A DNA stretch of 64,000 nt. Source: Schmidtea polychroa. Taxonomy: Eukaryota. The stretch is from positions 8,186,001 to 8,250,000 of the forward strand of contig CM097885.1 in assembly GCA_044892525.1 (NCBI GenBank), written 5' to 3'. Below, one piece after another: positions 25,488 through 40,203 of the stretch. The first letter of the stretch is position 1; each line of letters starts with the position of its first letter. Below the pieces are notes generated by a model that searched no databases, was not told where the DNA came from, and worked only from the letters and a program-made list of their open reading frames with translations. The translations under genes were made by a program, and so were the position numbers.

Positions 25488-28366
25488 ATAATTAATAATG
25501 ATAATAGTATTATCATTAATAATAATAATTAAAAATTACTACCAAGAAATGTCACAATTAAAACGTCTAAATCCTTTTTTTGAAAATTCGGCTGTATTTA
25601 ATCAAAATAAAATTATAAATTTTTCTCTAATTTTAAATGGTGTTCTTAATTGATTGTTGAAATAATCAATATTATTGATTATTTTTGTGAAAGATAATCG
25701 ATATTTTAATTATCTCAAAAAGTGTTTGAATTGAACAGAAACATCCGCAAAAATTAAATCCCATCACTCCTCCATTCCAGTCATTTACTTATTCGATTTT
25801 CTTTACTTTTCTCCATTGAGAAATTATTCGATAAAATTTTACGTTTTTTATGTGATTTATTTTTATTTCTTTAGTATCCTATGGCAATTTTATTATTGGT
25901 TTTTGGTGTCTAGAGATGCAATTAAATATATACCCCCCTTGAATATATTTTTACGGGTTAATCCAATGATACAAGATGGTTATGGTTTTGAATTTCCGTC
26001 AGTATCATCTCTTTGTTATGTTGCCTGGACGCTGATTTTGGTTTCCAATACTTTCTCTAAAGTTTTCAATAAAGTATTGGTAAAGTTATATTGAAAGCTA
26101 AAAATAAAAAAAAATTTCCCAATATCAGAAAATGTCAGTCTTGCCATAAAAATATTTAACCTACATTGGATGAATAATAGGCAATATTTTATCAGTTATT
26201 AATATTGTTGCAAAGGTATTTTCCCAAACAATTGTTTTAATATTTGGATTTGTGAATTATAAATGATATTTTCCCTTTGGTATCTATTTTATTTGGCAGA
26301 TGGATTGTCTATATCTCGGTTATTCTTGTATTAAGTTTTCGCTTTTACGGTTGTAACATCATTTCCAACATTGCTGAAATCAGGAGAAGCTGGGTTTGGG
26401 AAAGATTATCTCGACACTATCCAGGCTAACAATATGTAACATTTAACAAGATTTCTTACAAGTAGTTACAGTGCATAGAATTAGGAATATTTAAAATACC
26501 AGAAATTTTAGTACCAAATTCAGGAAAATTATTGATTTTTTTGTTTTAATTGAAAGCGGTTTCGTTCTAATTTTATTTGTAATGGTTTTCAACAGTAAAT
26601 CTCCACCCAGGCCGAGTAACCGTTGGCGGAGTAAAAATAAAATACAGCCAAATCTTTCTATGACCAATTTTTTATTTCCAAAAAATACTCTTTAAAATAA
26701 TTGTAACATTAGAAAATCAAAATACGTTATTAAAAATATTTTTTAAAAATTGTTTTGCCCTCTCCCTAGGTACGCTATTTGTTTGGAATATTTGTAAATG
26801 GAATATAAGAACTTAATGACAAATTAAACTGTTAATAATTTAATTAAATTTAATGGTATTTTTAGTAATATCTATTACAATTACCAACTAAATGTAATTG
26901 TAAATAATCCATCAATTATTTCGTAATCAAGAACATCAATCATATTTAAACATTTATCCAATGAAATTTTAGCATACTAATCTCAATTATTTTTCTTTCA
27001 TCGCATTCAAAAAATTAAAGATTACATTAATTAATAATTTATTATTACTGTTTTTAACCTTTTCTCCAGGCAATTTTTTCTTGCGTTTAATATTTATTGA
27101 TAAATTACGAAATCACTTTTGAAAGGCGCATTAAAAATCGGAATTCTATATACTGAAAAACAAGAATATACAGTAATTGGGCTACATTGTTGCTGGATTT
27201 AATAACGAGTCATTGCCTTACGAAATTGGAATAGACTTGACAATGTGAATAATTAGAACGATAATGAGTCGTAAGAACCTCAATAGAATTTCTCCCGGAA
27301 TAAACATTTGCCTCACTAATCTCTCATACACACTGGCAAATACTCAATTGCAAATATCAGCAATTTATTAAGGATTTAACCAAATATGTATTTGGTTCAT
27401 ATGTTTCCCCGAATTTTTGTTTAAGCACAAAACATTTTAGAGCAAGCAGTTTAATATTTGATTGACTGAATCGAAATGCCTGTTTTTTTCTTTTGAGAGA
27501 AAGTATAATTATTGTTGATTAAATAAACAAATTCTATTCAGAAATTCTGTCAACAGAATCCCATTGACATTAGTCACGGTTTCATGGGTATCGCATTTGA
27601 ATTAGCGGTTTGAGATAATAAATTTATTAGAATTTTTGTTTCAATAAACCAATAAAATTACATCACTAAATTATTATTTCCAAAACTAAAATGAAGCGCA
27701 GTTATTTGCTTTCATAGTTTAATCTATTTAAATGTATTCTAATTTCTCCCGTTTTTTCATAAATGGATCGAACTTCTTTCATCTTGCAAATAACTCGTTT
27801 TTGTCATTAAATTTTTTTTATTTTTAAACTTCTGTCATCTAAATATACTATTAAAACAGATTTCCGTCAATTTATAACAAATATTTATGCAATATTTTAT
27901 TAAATTCTTCATCAGTGACCGAATATTTTATATTTTTCTCTCTTTATTTTATGACATTAGAGATAAATAAATTCGTGTTAAATAAATAAAAATATTGATT
28001 ATAGCCTGAAATATGATATAGTAATATTCCTATTATTATTATATAGTATTGTAATAAAATAAAATAATTATAATAAAATTTTAGTAGGTATTTTATTAAA
28101 AAATAAATCTGGAATGATCATTCTTCATATTTTTACCAAATTATTTACAGTTCTGATTGAATAGTATGAAAAACTGCAAAATATTTTATCTAAATAATTT
28201 TTTTGAATATATTATGAGAAAAATGCTTTTCGTCTTATCATGACAATCTCCATAATTAACACATATATGATTATAAGTCTTAAAGAAACACAAAAAAAAT
28301 AAAACTCAAATCTAAAATAAAAATTTTCATTACATTAAATTGTTTTTATTCCTTCTTAATATTATT

Positions 28367-28394
<28 letters not shown>

Positions 28395-28397
<3 letters not shown>

Positions 28398-28560
28398 AAC
28401 AACTTTTTTTTATAATTTCATCCCCGATTTCTTTTCCATTCTATTTATTAAAAAGCTTGACTATGAATCAGTGAATCAGAAAAAGGCAGTACCGAAAGTT
28501 CTTAAATATCAAAAACATCGATATATTTACTGATTCATAGTCAAACCTTTTAATAAATAA
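28395..28560. mobile_element. PLE family-A tail-out inverted pair with truncated hammerhead (~28478-28505, +)
   Basis: A minus-strand 3' end is joined to plus-strand GGCAGTACCGAAAGTTC...CATCGATATATTTACTGATTCATAGTC. Flanked by (AAT)n. Confidence 0.7.
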
Positions 28561-28953
28561 TAATGTTATTATTAATATTATTAAGAAATAACTATATGAA
28601 CAACTTAAATAAAAAGAAAGCTATACTACTTGCTTATTATACTACTTATTTTATAAAGTTATACACAATGCTACATGTTACACTATGTTATATAAGGTGA
28701 AAATCGAGTTATTAAATTCCATTTCATCACAATATCATCTGTCGTATTAATATATAAGATAGAAGAGACTGTTATGTAATTATGATTTTAAAACATGAGA
28801 CTTGTTTCATCAAAGGTTCCTACATGCAACAACGCACATTCATGCATACATCAAACAATTAATTAGCTTTATTATTAAGTGATAATACACTATACAAAGT
28901 TTTTATGGCGTTCTTTTCTATTTACCCTAAAATCTTTATCCTAAAAAATAAAA

Positions 28954-29070
<117 letters not shown>

Positions 29071-32029
29071 GTTAGCAATTTATTCTTCCTATTTTTTTCA
29101 TTTATTGTTCCAAATTAAATACATTTCTTTTGTCTAGGACTTATTTTCTTAGACAATTCAACATCCATTATCTGTGCCTGTATGTAATTACTTCAATTTC
29201 TTTTGTTCCACAATTCATATAATGCAACGAAAAGAACCAATAAGAATTACACTACCCATACAAATAACATTTTGTTCTAGAGGAAAATCAAGTGGAAAAT
29301 AAAATAAAATGACGTTTTTTCATTCCTTGACAAAGAAATAATAAATACAATATTTACATTTTGTTAAATTTACAATTTACATAAATTGAAAAAGTAAACA
29401 AGAACCATATATTGAGGGAAATTAGCAATGTATTCATGTTAAAATACCAATTGTGACTTGAAGGTTTGAAGGTATCAATAGCTAATTCTATCTACCAAAC
29501 GCTTTTTAACTTAAAACTGAAATGTATTTTACTCATTGATATTTACTAGGAAGCCCTTCCTTTCCAAAAATCACTCCATTCTCTTTTTAAAACTATAATT
29601 TTCTTTCCATTTCTTTAATTAATTTATTATTTCCCTTATTTTCTGATCCTAAGTTCGAATAAAAAAAATAAAAAATTTACATAACATTCATTAAAAATAA
29701 TGATTTTATTAATTGCGTAGCAGGTCTATAAAATCTTTTACCTAATTCACCACTGATCGATTATTTTTAATTTTTTTCCTTATTTAAAAAAAATAATAAA
29801 TCAATAATTTAAATTGTACACATATTTTATTATAAACACCTCAAACAGTGAAGGATAAATTAAAATATCAGTTTAAAAGGTTTAATAAAGTTAGTGAGTC
29901 TAGCTAATTTAACTGACAAGTACCTATTTATGTTTGCCTATGTACCAGACATGGTTAAAGAAATAAGGCATATACTGGATATTAATGTTTTAAGATTCGT
30001 AAATCTTACTATTTGAAAAAAATGTGGTTAGATTAACTTTTGTTGGATATTCGATATCCTAGGAGAATTTTGGCTTGAGTTTATTTGATTCATTATTTTG
30101 TATCAATGAAACAGTGCTCAATGTCTTAATTCAAGCAGTTTAAAGGGAAAGTACTTCATATAGATGAAATTTATTAAAGGCTTAACCAAGTCCAAATTAA
30201 TCTTTTGTAGGCCCTAGCCACTTTTACTTTTGAAGTTCCTCGTTTAGTATTACTAAAGGATTTTTTTATAAATGCATTTTGTTTTGCACAATAAACATTA
30301 AATTATTTCAATTTTAGTGTAGCCTTTTTTCGTCCTCTAATTGTAATATTTAGGTTTTCTTATACCCTAGGTACAGTGCCTATTGTGAATTCGACCCTAT
30401 TCAACTTGTTAAATATGATATTACTATTTGTAATCCGTCAAAACGACAGGCTTTTTCATGTTCAATTTTCAGCTTTAGATAATTTGTTATTTTTATATAT
30501 TACTACTGTATAAATCGAAACACATTGCTCTTTTCTAAAATTTTATTTTTATATTAAAATATTTATATAAAAAATCAATAACTAATAATCAATTAGTATT
30601 CATTTTAAACCTTTAAATAGCATTGCATCCATACATTGTTACATATGAAATTATGTATTCAGATTAATTTTATTGTCTCCAGTTCAGCTTAACAATATGA
30701 CCAAATGGAAAACGTTTAAATCCTCTGGGAAATTCGGAACTTTTGTAATAATTATTTAAATAAAATGACTAAAATTTTTGCATATTCATTTATTTAATTT
30801 TCATATTACTTTAACAATGATGTAGATCGGAATTATTTCTGCATTTAATCGAATAAAATATTAATATTTAATTTACCATTTTCCCTGAAAAATTTTACGG
30901 AGGCTCATAAAACCGAGCCAAGTGAAACCAACATGAAAATTGAATCCCCCGAGGAAGCCTATATGAAAAATAATAGAACCCGTTAATTAAAAGTAAAACG
31001 AAATAAACATATTATAATTAATCTCTTACACATCTGGCCAATGGCTGGGAGAGGGTCGAATAATATCTATATGATTTACTGCACAATAATTTATTCAGTG
31101 GTTCTTATATGGGATTTATTAAGATTGACGTGCACAGTACAAACTCAATACGATAGTGCAATAATCAATAGCTTGTAAAGACACCACATTAAATGGGAAT
31201 AAAATCGAGGTAGAGAAATAAATCCCAAATAGTCTAAGTGACAAGAGAAATTAAAGAAAAAAGAAAGTTAAAGTTTCCTAAAAAAAGAAAAAAAATCAAA
31301 ATAAAATGTTTGTCCAATAAATAAATTTCTTTTATAATTATTATTAACGGCAGTTTGGTTGGATTGATAATGCAAGATTACTAATCAAGCAGACAATGCA
31401 TAATTCCCGGATAATTAGATTATAATAATTAACTTCCTTTTAAGTGCGGTAGGATCAAGGGATTTTCTTGAAATAATTTGTCCTCTCGTAATGTCAATCA
31501 CTTTCTCTATCATTTTCAACATCCACATTTGTCATTTTGGATTAGCTCGATTTTCGGTTGATCGCTTTTTTATATAGATTTTCTTTTCATTTTACACAAA
31601 AACTTTCATTAGATCATTCTTTATTTATTTCTCATTTTAACTATTGATTAATTAATTACTAATTTGTTTTTTATTTATGTATTTGTTTATAAAAAAGATT
31701 TATTTTTCCCATTGACAATTAATTATTTTTTGATATTCAATTTATTGTTATTATTAATTATTTTTTTCGAATTTATTTGATTAAAAAATTATATTATAAT
31801 AATTATTTAAATTTGATAAATAAGATTTTTAAAATTATTTTTCACTATTGATTATTTTACTTTTTTAATAACACGCATTTTAATTTTAACAATCAATGAA
31901 TAAAACAAAATTATTTAACTTAATAAATTAACTTTTCAATACATTTGAAAACTACAGCAATTCAAACCACAGGCATTCAATTTACCACTGAAACCTATTT
32001 AAAAACATTCAAAACTCGTGCTCACAGCC

Positions 32030-32300
32030 TTTTAAACATTAGTTTTTGGATTCAATGATTTTACCAATAAAGCTTTATGTATTATACATTCCCAATAATT
32101 ATTAACATTTTTGAATAAAATTTTAGAATCAGATATGCCTATTTTATTCATATAACTATTATTGTGTTTACTAATAATGGTCAATTATGTTCATGAGCTC
32201 GAATACAGAAATAAAGTCTTTTCAATGTATGTGGCATTACAAGCATTACATGTAAATTGCTAAACGAGATTTGAACACAATCCAGCCGGATTGATAGATT
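32030..32300 (-). pseudogene. PLE family-B GIY-YIG endonuclease remnant
   Basis: Minus-strand GLCSNLV*QFTCNACNATYIEKT..FCIRAHEH ... ALLVKSLNPKTN. Similar to 63512-63730. Confidence 0.75.
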
Positions 32301-32496
32301 GACAAAAACAAGTTTCTCTAAATAATCATGATTTATTTCCAAATTGAAATAAATTTCAAACCTAGTCAATCATTAAAATCATTAAAACCATGACATAAAA
32401 GAATTAATGAATAACAATTTAAATAAAAATTCAAAGAATTAATCATTGGTTGAATATTTATTAAATGGCATTATGATTTAATCAACAATATCTTAC

Positions 32497-32636
32497 TATA
32501 AGAACTTTTTTCAATTTTCACCACTGATTTCTTTTCTATTGACATTATTAATTAAAAAACTTGACTATAAATCAGCAAATATATCGATGTATTTTTTTGA
32601 AATTCACGAATTTTCGGCACTGATTTTTTCGAGAAT
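32497..32636 (-). mobile_element. PLE family-A terminal repeat with degenerate hammerhead (32602-32636)
   Basis: Reverse complement contains CAGTGCCGAAAATTCGTGAA. The 5' half of the core is mutated. Confidence 0.7.
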
Positions 32637-34358
32637 TTTAATAAAAACAATATCTTAATTCATATTACCCCAAATAATTATCAAAAGATAAACATAAAAA
32701 TTTTATTATCAATTTATTATTCCGTTGAATATATTCCACATATTCAGTGGTATTGCTGAAACCTTTCAAGTGGCTTTTTCTGATCTTTAATGTCAAGATA
32801 AAGAAAAGTATCTCCAAGTTATATGACGTTCCAGTCATTAATTGCAAATTAATTAACTAAATTAACACTAAACCAATTTAATAATTGAACTTAAAATATA
32901 TTATTAAATTAATTAAATTAAAATTAAATTAATTGTAACTAAATCAAATTAAAATCATTGTTTAAATAATCTTCATTTTTTTCCAAAATCAAATTAAATA
33001 TTAAAAAACAATTAATGAATCATTCAACTTCCCAATCATTAAATCTCATCAGAACCAATAAAGAAAATATGCCAGACATTCAAGACATTCGTTTTCTCAG
33101 CTATGATCTCTCTGATGATGGTCAAGATCTTCAACAATCTCCGTACAATCGCCAGATCAAGTGTCCGCGCTTTCGTTGGTACATTGACTACTGGAGCAGA
33201 TATATCAATTATTTATTTCAATGTCCTTTTGAATAAAATCTTTATTCGAATTAGTTGTATGTCTCTACAGGTACTTTAAAAATGAAACATTCTACTTGAA
33301 AGCATTTCACAATTCTATGTCTAATAGTTATAAATTAAAATAAAGATTATTGAAATGAAATGAAATGTAATTTCTAATGGTAGATTAGTCTATAGCTTAT
33401 TCGTATTTTATCAATAACATTTCAGACTCTTGACGTCCCAGGAATATAACCCAGTGATCTAGCAGTTATATCTTCCTTACTGAGTCGCATTGAATGCCAC
33501 ATTTGTATGTAATTACATTTTAAATAGCTTTTCATTAGAAATTACATCGAATATCACAATACACTTTATTTTTAAATTTTTTTATCTTTATTTAATTAAT
33601 TTAAAAATGATTTTCTGATTTAAGTCCAACGAGATCTTCAGTATAACAAAAGTAAATCAATAAAAACAAATAATTAAAATGAAAAATAATTTTATTATAA
33701 AGATTTTCAAATAGGAAAGAGAAGTTTACTAATCTAAACTGTTCTGATTTATCGAATGTGCAAATTTCAAAATGCCCATATAAATCTCCATTACAACATG
33801 GGCTTAGTCTGGTCTATCTAATTGATTTACAATTGAAAAATTAATTAATTTTAATAAATAAATAAAATTGTGTTCATTAAACAATGTAACACCGATATAA
33901 TTGTATACTAACACATTCAGGCGGGGAGGGGGCCCAAATGCCGGTCATAATTGCTATAGAGTTTGACTGCAATCTGATCATAAATTGTCATGGTCAAGCG
34001 GATATTGAAAGGAAATTGAGATTAATGAAAATTGGGTTTCCCTTGTTTCATGACAACAATGTTAATTATGTTTTCTATCTTCATGTTTATTATTTCACAG
34101 TTGTTATAAGTATGCTTGTTTATTAATAACCAAATAAATAAATCAATAATATTGATAAACAAATTATTTACAATATTGGAAAACCAATAACCGATTTATA
34201 AATATTTGATAACATCTTATTGTTGTATACAAATGTGATTTAATGAAGATTGTCAACATTTATTTTAAATTTTTAGAAAATATTATTGATTAATATTGAT
34301 TATCTATACAATTTTATTGATTTTTTGTTTATTTTTATGTTTATACAGTGCATAAAAT

Positions 34359-34719
34359 GGTGAGCTTTCGGCCCGGGTTCTTTTTTTGTGGTTAGTTAAA
34401 TAAAAACTTACACTTGATTATTTTTTATTTTATAATATATTTAAAATAAGAAAATTAAGAAGTTTATAAAATAGATTTGTATTTTAAAGGCAAAAAATAA
34501 TAATGCTTTTAATCATATAAAGCTTCAATTATCTTAATAAATGATCTCTCACCATAATTTCTTTTAAACATAAATTCATAAAATAAATCGGTAATGTTGC
34601 AATCAGTTGTGGTGCTCCGAGCCCTAAATTTCTTTTTAAAATAGCTCCAGGTTCCTTCAATCATTTAGTTAGTTTTTTTTTAACTAACCACAAAAAAGCG
34701 CCCGGGCCGGAAGCTCACC
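34359..34719. mobile_element. Merlin-type MITE
   Basis: ~40-bp TIRs starting GGTGAGCTT and a perfect 8-bp TSD CATAAAAT (34351-34358, 34720-34727). Confidence 0.85.
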
Positions 34720-35480
34720 CATAAAATAATAAATGTTTACTTTACTATTCTCAGACAAAGCTGGGTGTTAATTGAAATAATATAAATATGAATATAAAGT
34801 TACCAAAATAATAAAATGAAATGTTGTCCATATTGTTATTGTTATAGTATGAAAACAAATTTCAATTTTTATGTTATATTTGATGCAATTTCTAATGGCT
34901 GGTTAATTTTCTGCATATACGACTTTCATTAGTACCATTTAAGGAGATCAAAATAAAATGTGTCAGCTTGAACTTTTTTTATCATCTTTTTATTTTTACA
35001 TATTTTTTTTCAGTGTGAAGGTTGAGTACCAACAGAAGCTTGGAAACGAATTTAAATGAGGGGTGTATTCAATCATAATGTCACTTGAAACAAAAAGCAC
35101 AATATGTTTCCAGACTTGAAATAGGATCTATTACTTCTATTTAAATTCCCGTTTAGTCAACGGCGATATGGCGTAACTTTTAAGTAATTACTAAGTTATA
35201 AAATATATTCACAAGAGTAGTTTCAAAGTTCAAAAACACTAGCAATTTTGAATATTTTTCAAAAATCTCGTGGCACATAGGTTGGGAAACACTGCTTATA
35301 TATTTCGTTTTAATTAAGTTATTCATTTGACAACTTTTGCTTTAATTTTAAATTTGCTATTATAATTATATGTAATATGTGCAAAGCCATTTGAATCTTC
35401 TTATTATACATATCTCTAATAAATTTATTAAATAGAGAGTTTGAAGACTATAAATCAGTAATATATCGATGTTTGTTGAT

Positions 35481-35517
35481 ACTCACGAATTTTCGGCACT
35501 GCCTCTTTCAAGTGAAT
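35481..35517 (-). ncRNA. Family-A hammerhead (A9G variant)
   Basis: Reverse complement: ATTCAC-TTGAAAG-A-GGC(AGT)GCC-GAAA-AT-TC-GTGAGT, within a family-A repeat at 35433-35530. Confidence 0.6.
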
Positions 35518-35715
35518 TTGATCATTATTACATTTAATAATTAATTATTTTGTACATAAGTCGTATAGTTAAATTTTATATACCTAAATCTGCTTCATTT
35601 TTTTGGTTACCTTTAATCTGTTATTTAATGAAATTTATATTATTTTAATTTTGAAAAATTATCAAAATTTCAAAATAACTTAATTCTGCTTTTTTAATCC
35701 AAAAACCTAAGGATC

Positions 35716-35820
35716 ATAATTATTTATAATATTTATAATTATTTATAATTATTTATAATTATTTATAATTATTTATAATTATTTATAATTATTTATAATT
35801 ATTTATGATTATTTATAATT
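35716..35820. repeat. 10-bp tandem repeat (ATAATTATTT)n
   Basis: About 10 direct copies, read directly. Confidence 0.92.
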
Positions 35821-36429
35821 TAATAATTGATGCCAATTCCACAATTTGTTTTTATTTATTTCTTTGGAAACACAGTTTTACACAGATAACCAAAAATGAC
35901 TGGCAGAAAGCTTTTAGAAAATGGTGAATTGATATGTAAATTAATTATTTAATAGAAAATTTTAGAAAAATTCAAAATTAAATATTAAAATACACTGAAA
36001 TTGATTTAATTAAAATTAGAGTAAAAATTAAAATTATAACCATATTTTTTATTTTAAAATAAGTTTAAATTAAAATATAATTATTTCGATACATATAATG
36101 AATATCGGTAAAATCGTTTTTGGTACTCTTTGATCTATTTTCGTATTTTGATATTTCATTTATTTTCATTATGACATAAGATCAAAGTTTAATTTTATAA
36201 GCAACACATTAAATTTCGATCTTTTGAAAAAATTTAAAGAAATAACAAATCATATGTAAAGAAATATTTGCTGAGTAAAATCAATTATTTATTCTTCTTA
36301 AATTTGTTCAAATAATCTTTTTAAAATATACATATGTATTACAACTTATTAAAGATCCATGTAATTAATACTAGAAGTTGTGATGCTAGCAATAATAATA
36401 TTAATAATAATAATAAAAATAAAAATAAA

Positions 36430-36513
<84 letters not shown>

Positions 36514-36629
36514 TCATTATCATTATTATAATCAGAATATGTCAACATCGCAAATGGATAAAAAATAATCTGGTATAATATAATAATAATGTATTAATGA
36601 TATTTTTATCTTTACAATCATTATTATTA

Positions 36630-36733
<104 letters not shown>

Positions 36734-37009
36734 GTTTAATTAAAAATGAAATTAAATAAATTTCAAGTTGATGTTGTGAAAAGAAAATTGTCGATGGCGC
36801 ACGAATACAAGTTGCGATATTTGTTTCAGCGGCATTTCATTTGTTTTTACAATGTTCTTCAGAATCATGAGAGAAAGATCAAAAGGATCCACCGCAGAGA
36901 CAGCAAGCTCCTACACTTATTATCAACTTCGACATTATATAACAGACTGCAAGTTTATTTTAAAAATTATGCACAGGTTTATGTCATATAATAGAAATAA
37001 TAAAAAAAA

Positions 37010-37071
<62 letters not shown>

Positions 37072-37376
37072 GAAGAAGAAGAAGAAGAACAAGATAAAAA
37101 ATAATGAATTAATATATTACTATATACCTCAAAACTAATTTCATGCAAATATTGAGGAATATGTAGAGAATATTTACTATTATCCAAATAGTTTCTATTT
37201 CAAACTTTTACAGATTATTATTATTTTTATTTTTATTATTATTATTATAGGCACTCGTTTCTACAAAATATTTTTTATGTAAACAAATAAAAATGTATTC
37301 ATATTATCATTTTTAGGCGTAAACTTTTGGTTTTTGTCTTTGGATTATCCCATGACTAAGTTGCCAAAATTAGATA

Positions 37377-37420
<44 letters not shown>

Positions 37421-37848
37421 CTAGTGAAAATATATTTTCAAAATTTACAATATTTAAAAATTTTCAAAAATAATTTTAAATCAATTTCGTTTTTAATGTA
37501 AATTTTAACTGCTGGAATTAATGAAATGTTTTAATTATTTGCCTATAAATATCATTAAAATATCAATTCCACAAACACAGCCGGGAATAAATTCTGCCAA
37601 GGAAGCAAATCATTTACCATGCCAAATATCGAATATAAATAATTGGCTGAAGGAGCACAATTAATATTTCAATTATCCAATAATCCTGCCGGCTATCTCC
37701 ATTGGTTACCGAATTCACATGTCAATGGCATTTAAACAAAATTTAACAAGGTCAAACTGTCGTTAAATTTATTAGGTTTTTTTTAAAAAAACAACCACAA
37801 TAATAATAATATTAATAATTATTATTATTTTTTTTATTATTATTAATA

Positions 37849-37934
<86 letters not shown>

Positions 37935-38265
37935 CTATACAAGGATGTTGACAGTTATGATGGGATTATGAAAAAATCAATAATAAAATTTCATAAACAA
38001 ATTCCGTGACAGAGAATCCACGAAGCACTCATTCAGTAGTTGAACTGGGTTAAGGGAATCGTGTTTGCTGGCAGGGATGGCATTCGATTAAATGTCAAAC
38101 CCATTTCTGTCAGGCGGGCTTTAGGAAATTCGTTTTATTTCAATTCTGCTGTCATCATTTTCAATATATTAATATTATCAAGTGCTTTTAGTAATTTTAT
38201 TATTCTAGTTTTTTATAAAAAATATTAATCATCCTTATAACTATAATAATAATAATAATAATAAT

Positions 38266-38373
<108 letters not shown>

Positions 38374-39538
38374 TAGCATTCTTTCAGTAATTTGATATTA
38401 TCTATCCTAAAATCAACTCAAATTTCACTAAATCATTTGAAATGTTTCTTTAATTATAATTTCAAAAGAAATTCTTGTCATGTTATTACATAAATATTGA
38501 CAATTGTTGAATTTTCATTCCTCAATCTGTCGAAATGACTACGAAAATCTTTATATTCATTCCTTGGGATATTTCATCAGTACATCAGCATGTAAGCTAG
38601 GAATGATTAATAAATTATATCTGTTACTCACGCTCACTCACATTTCAATTGTCCCAAAATTATTCTCCCAAATTTTACTTTTTTTATTTTAATAAATAAT
38701 AACATGATTGCCAATTAATTATCAGAAAATTCATATTACAACTTTATTACAACTTATTGGATTCAGTGAACCGAATACTTTTGTAAAAATTGAAACCTTG
38801 TCGAATTTTCGAATTTTATTTTTTATATAAGCATATTGTGAATTGTTTCTTAGAGGTTGAAGGCATTAATATGATTAATATGATGATCATGTCTATTCTA
38901 TTTCGGTTAAATTAAGATATTTTAAAAAGCCTTGTTTTTTAACTGACAAATATTTGTAAATAAGCATAAATTGAGACAGTTTTAATATAGGATAAACATT
39001 TCTGTTTATTTTCTGTGTCATTGTTATGTTTACTCTCATAAATTTGGTATAAATACTAGTTGAAAATTTGGATGCAATGAAATGTCTTTTATCCTTCAAT
39101 ACCTCACCGTATTTTAATGAACCATTTTGTAATTTCTTCTTTTTTAGACATTACATTGTTTAATTTTGAGTGATAATTGAAAAAAGGAATAGAAATTTGA
39201 GAAGAAGATGAGAGATTTTCTACCAAGCTAGGATACATATATATTAATTTTAAAAAGAAAACCTGATTTTAATGGCGTTATTCTGTCAGCGACCAAAGAT
39301 CTGACAGTTCTTAAAAAATTCAACTATAATAATTCAAATGACAAAATATTCAACTTTTTTTGACAATAATTCAATGTAGTAATTGTAAATAAAAATGTAG
39401 ATATTTAATGTTACACCATATTTTGTCTGAATTATATGGAAGGGATTTTATTGCAAGATCTAGAGGACCTTTTACAGCAAATAATTGATACAGAAAATCG
39501 GTCCATAACAATTTTTAAATTTTATTGGCACATATTTA

Positions 39539-40203
39539 GGTGCTAAGTAATTTTAAAAATTTAAGGTAAATCATACAAAATAATGTCTTCATTATCTATA
39601 GAACTCAAAGTTGAGTTTTCGGAATTTTCGTTAACAATATTTTCATTCATTTTTCTCTAAAAAATTCTAAAAATGTCTGTAAATGATTTATTATTGTGCG
39701 TTTATTCATTGCAACAATTCTACATATCGAAAATTTGCATGCCTATTTTACTATGTGTTGTGTTTGTGTGTGTCAGTTTATTTTTTCTACCACTAAATGT
39801 GTTTATTCATTGCAACGCTAAAAACCAACACACATGTAATTTTGTAGGTTTATATAATATACACATATTGATTTTATTTTTACATTATATGATTCGTTTA
39901 TTCAGTGCAAACAGGTGTAAATAAAAGCTAAGTTGATTTATGCTAAGTAAAATTTTGATATACTTTGTAAATAAATTGGATGTCAATCATTGACCAATCA
40001 TTTCGCTTTATTAATCGATTTACTGATTTTCAATTATATTCTTTACTGTATTTTTACTTAACAAAAATTTGTGATTACTTTGTCTAGATACTTTTATTTA
40101 AATACTAAGCAAATACTCCTTCTATGTTTAGATTTATGTTCAATAAATTACTTTGAAAAAATGGAATTTTTTACTTAGCTTTTATTTAAAATTACTTAGC
40201 ACC
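39539..40203. mobile_element. Non-autonomous DNA transposon (superfamily unresolved)
   Basis: Perfect TIR GGTGCTAAGTAATTTTAAA / TTTAAAATTACTTAGCACC, flanked by TTTA / TAAA. Confidence 0.7.

Noticed and set aside
33112..33135. CTGATGA-T-GGTC(AA)GATC hammerhead-like start
   Set aside because: No GAAA after the stem and no stem I or III partner.
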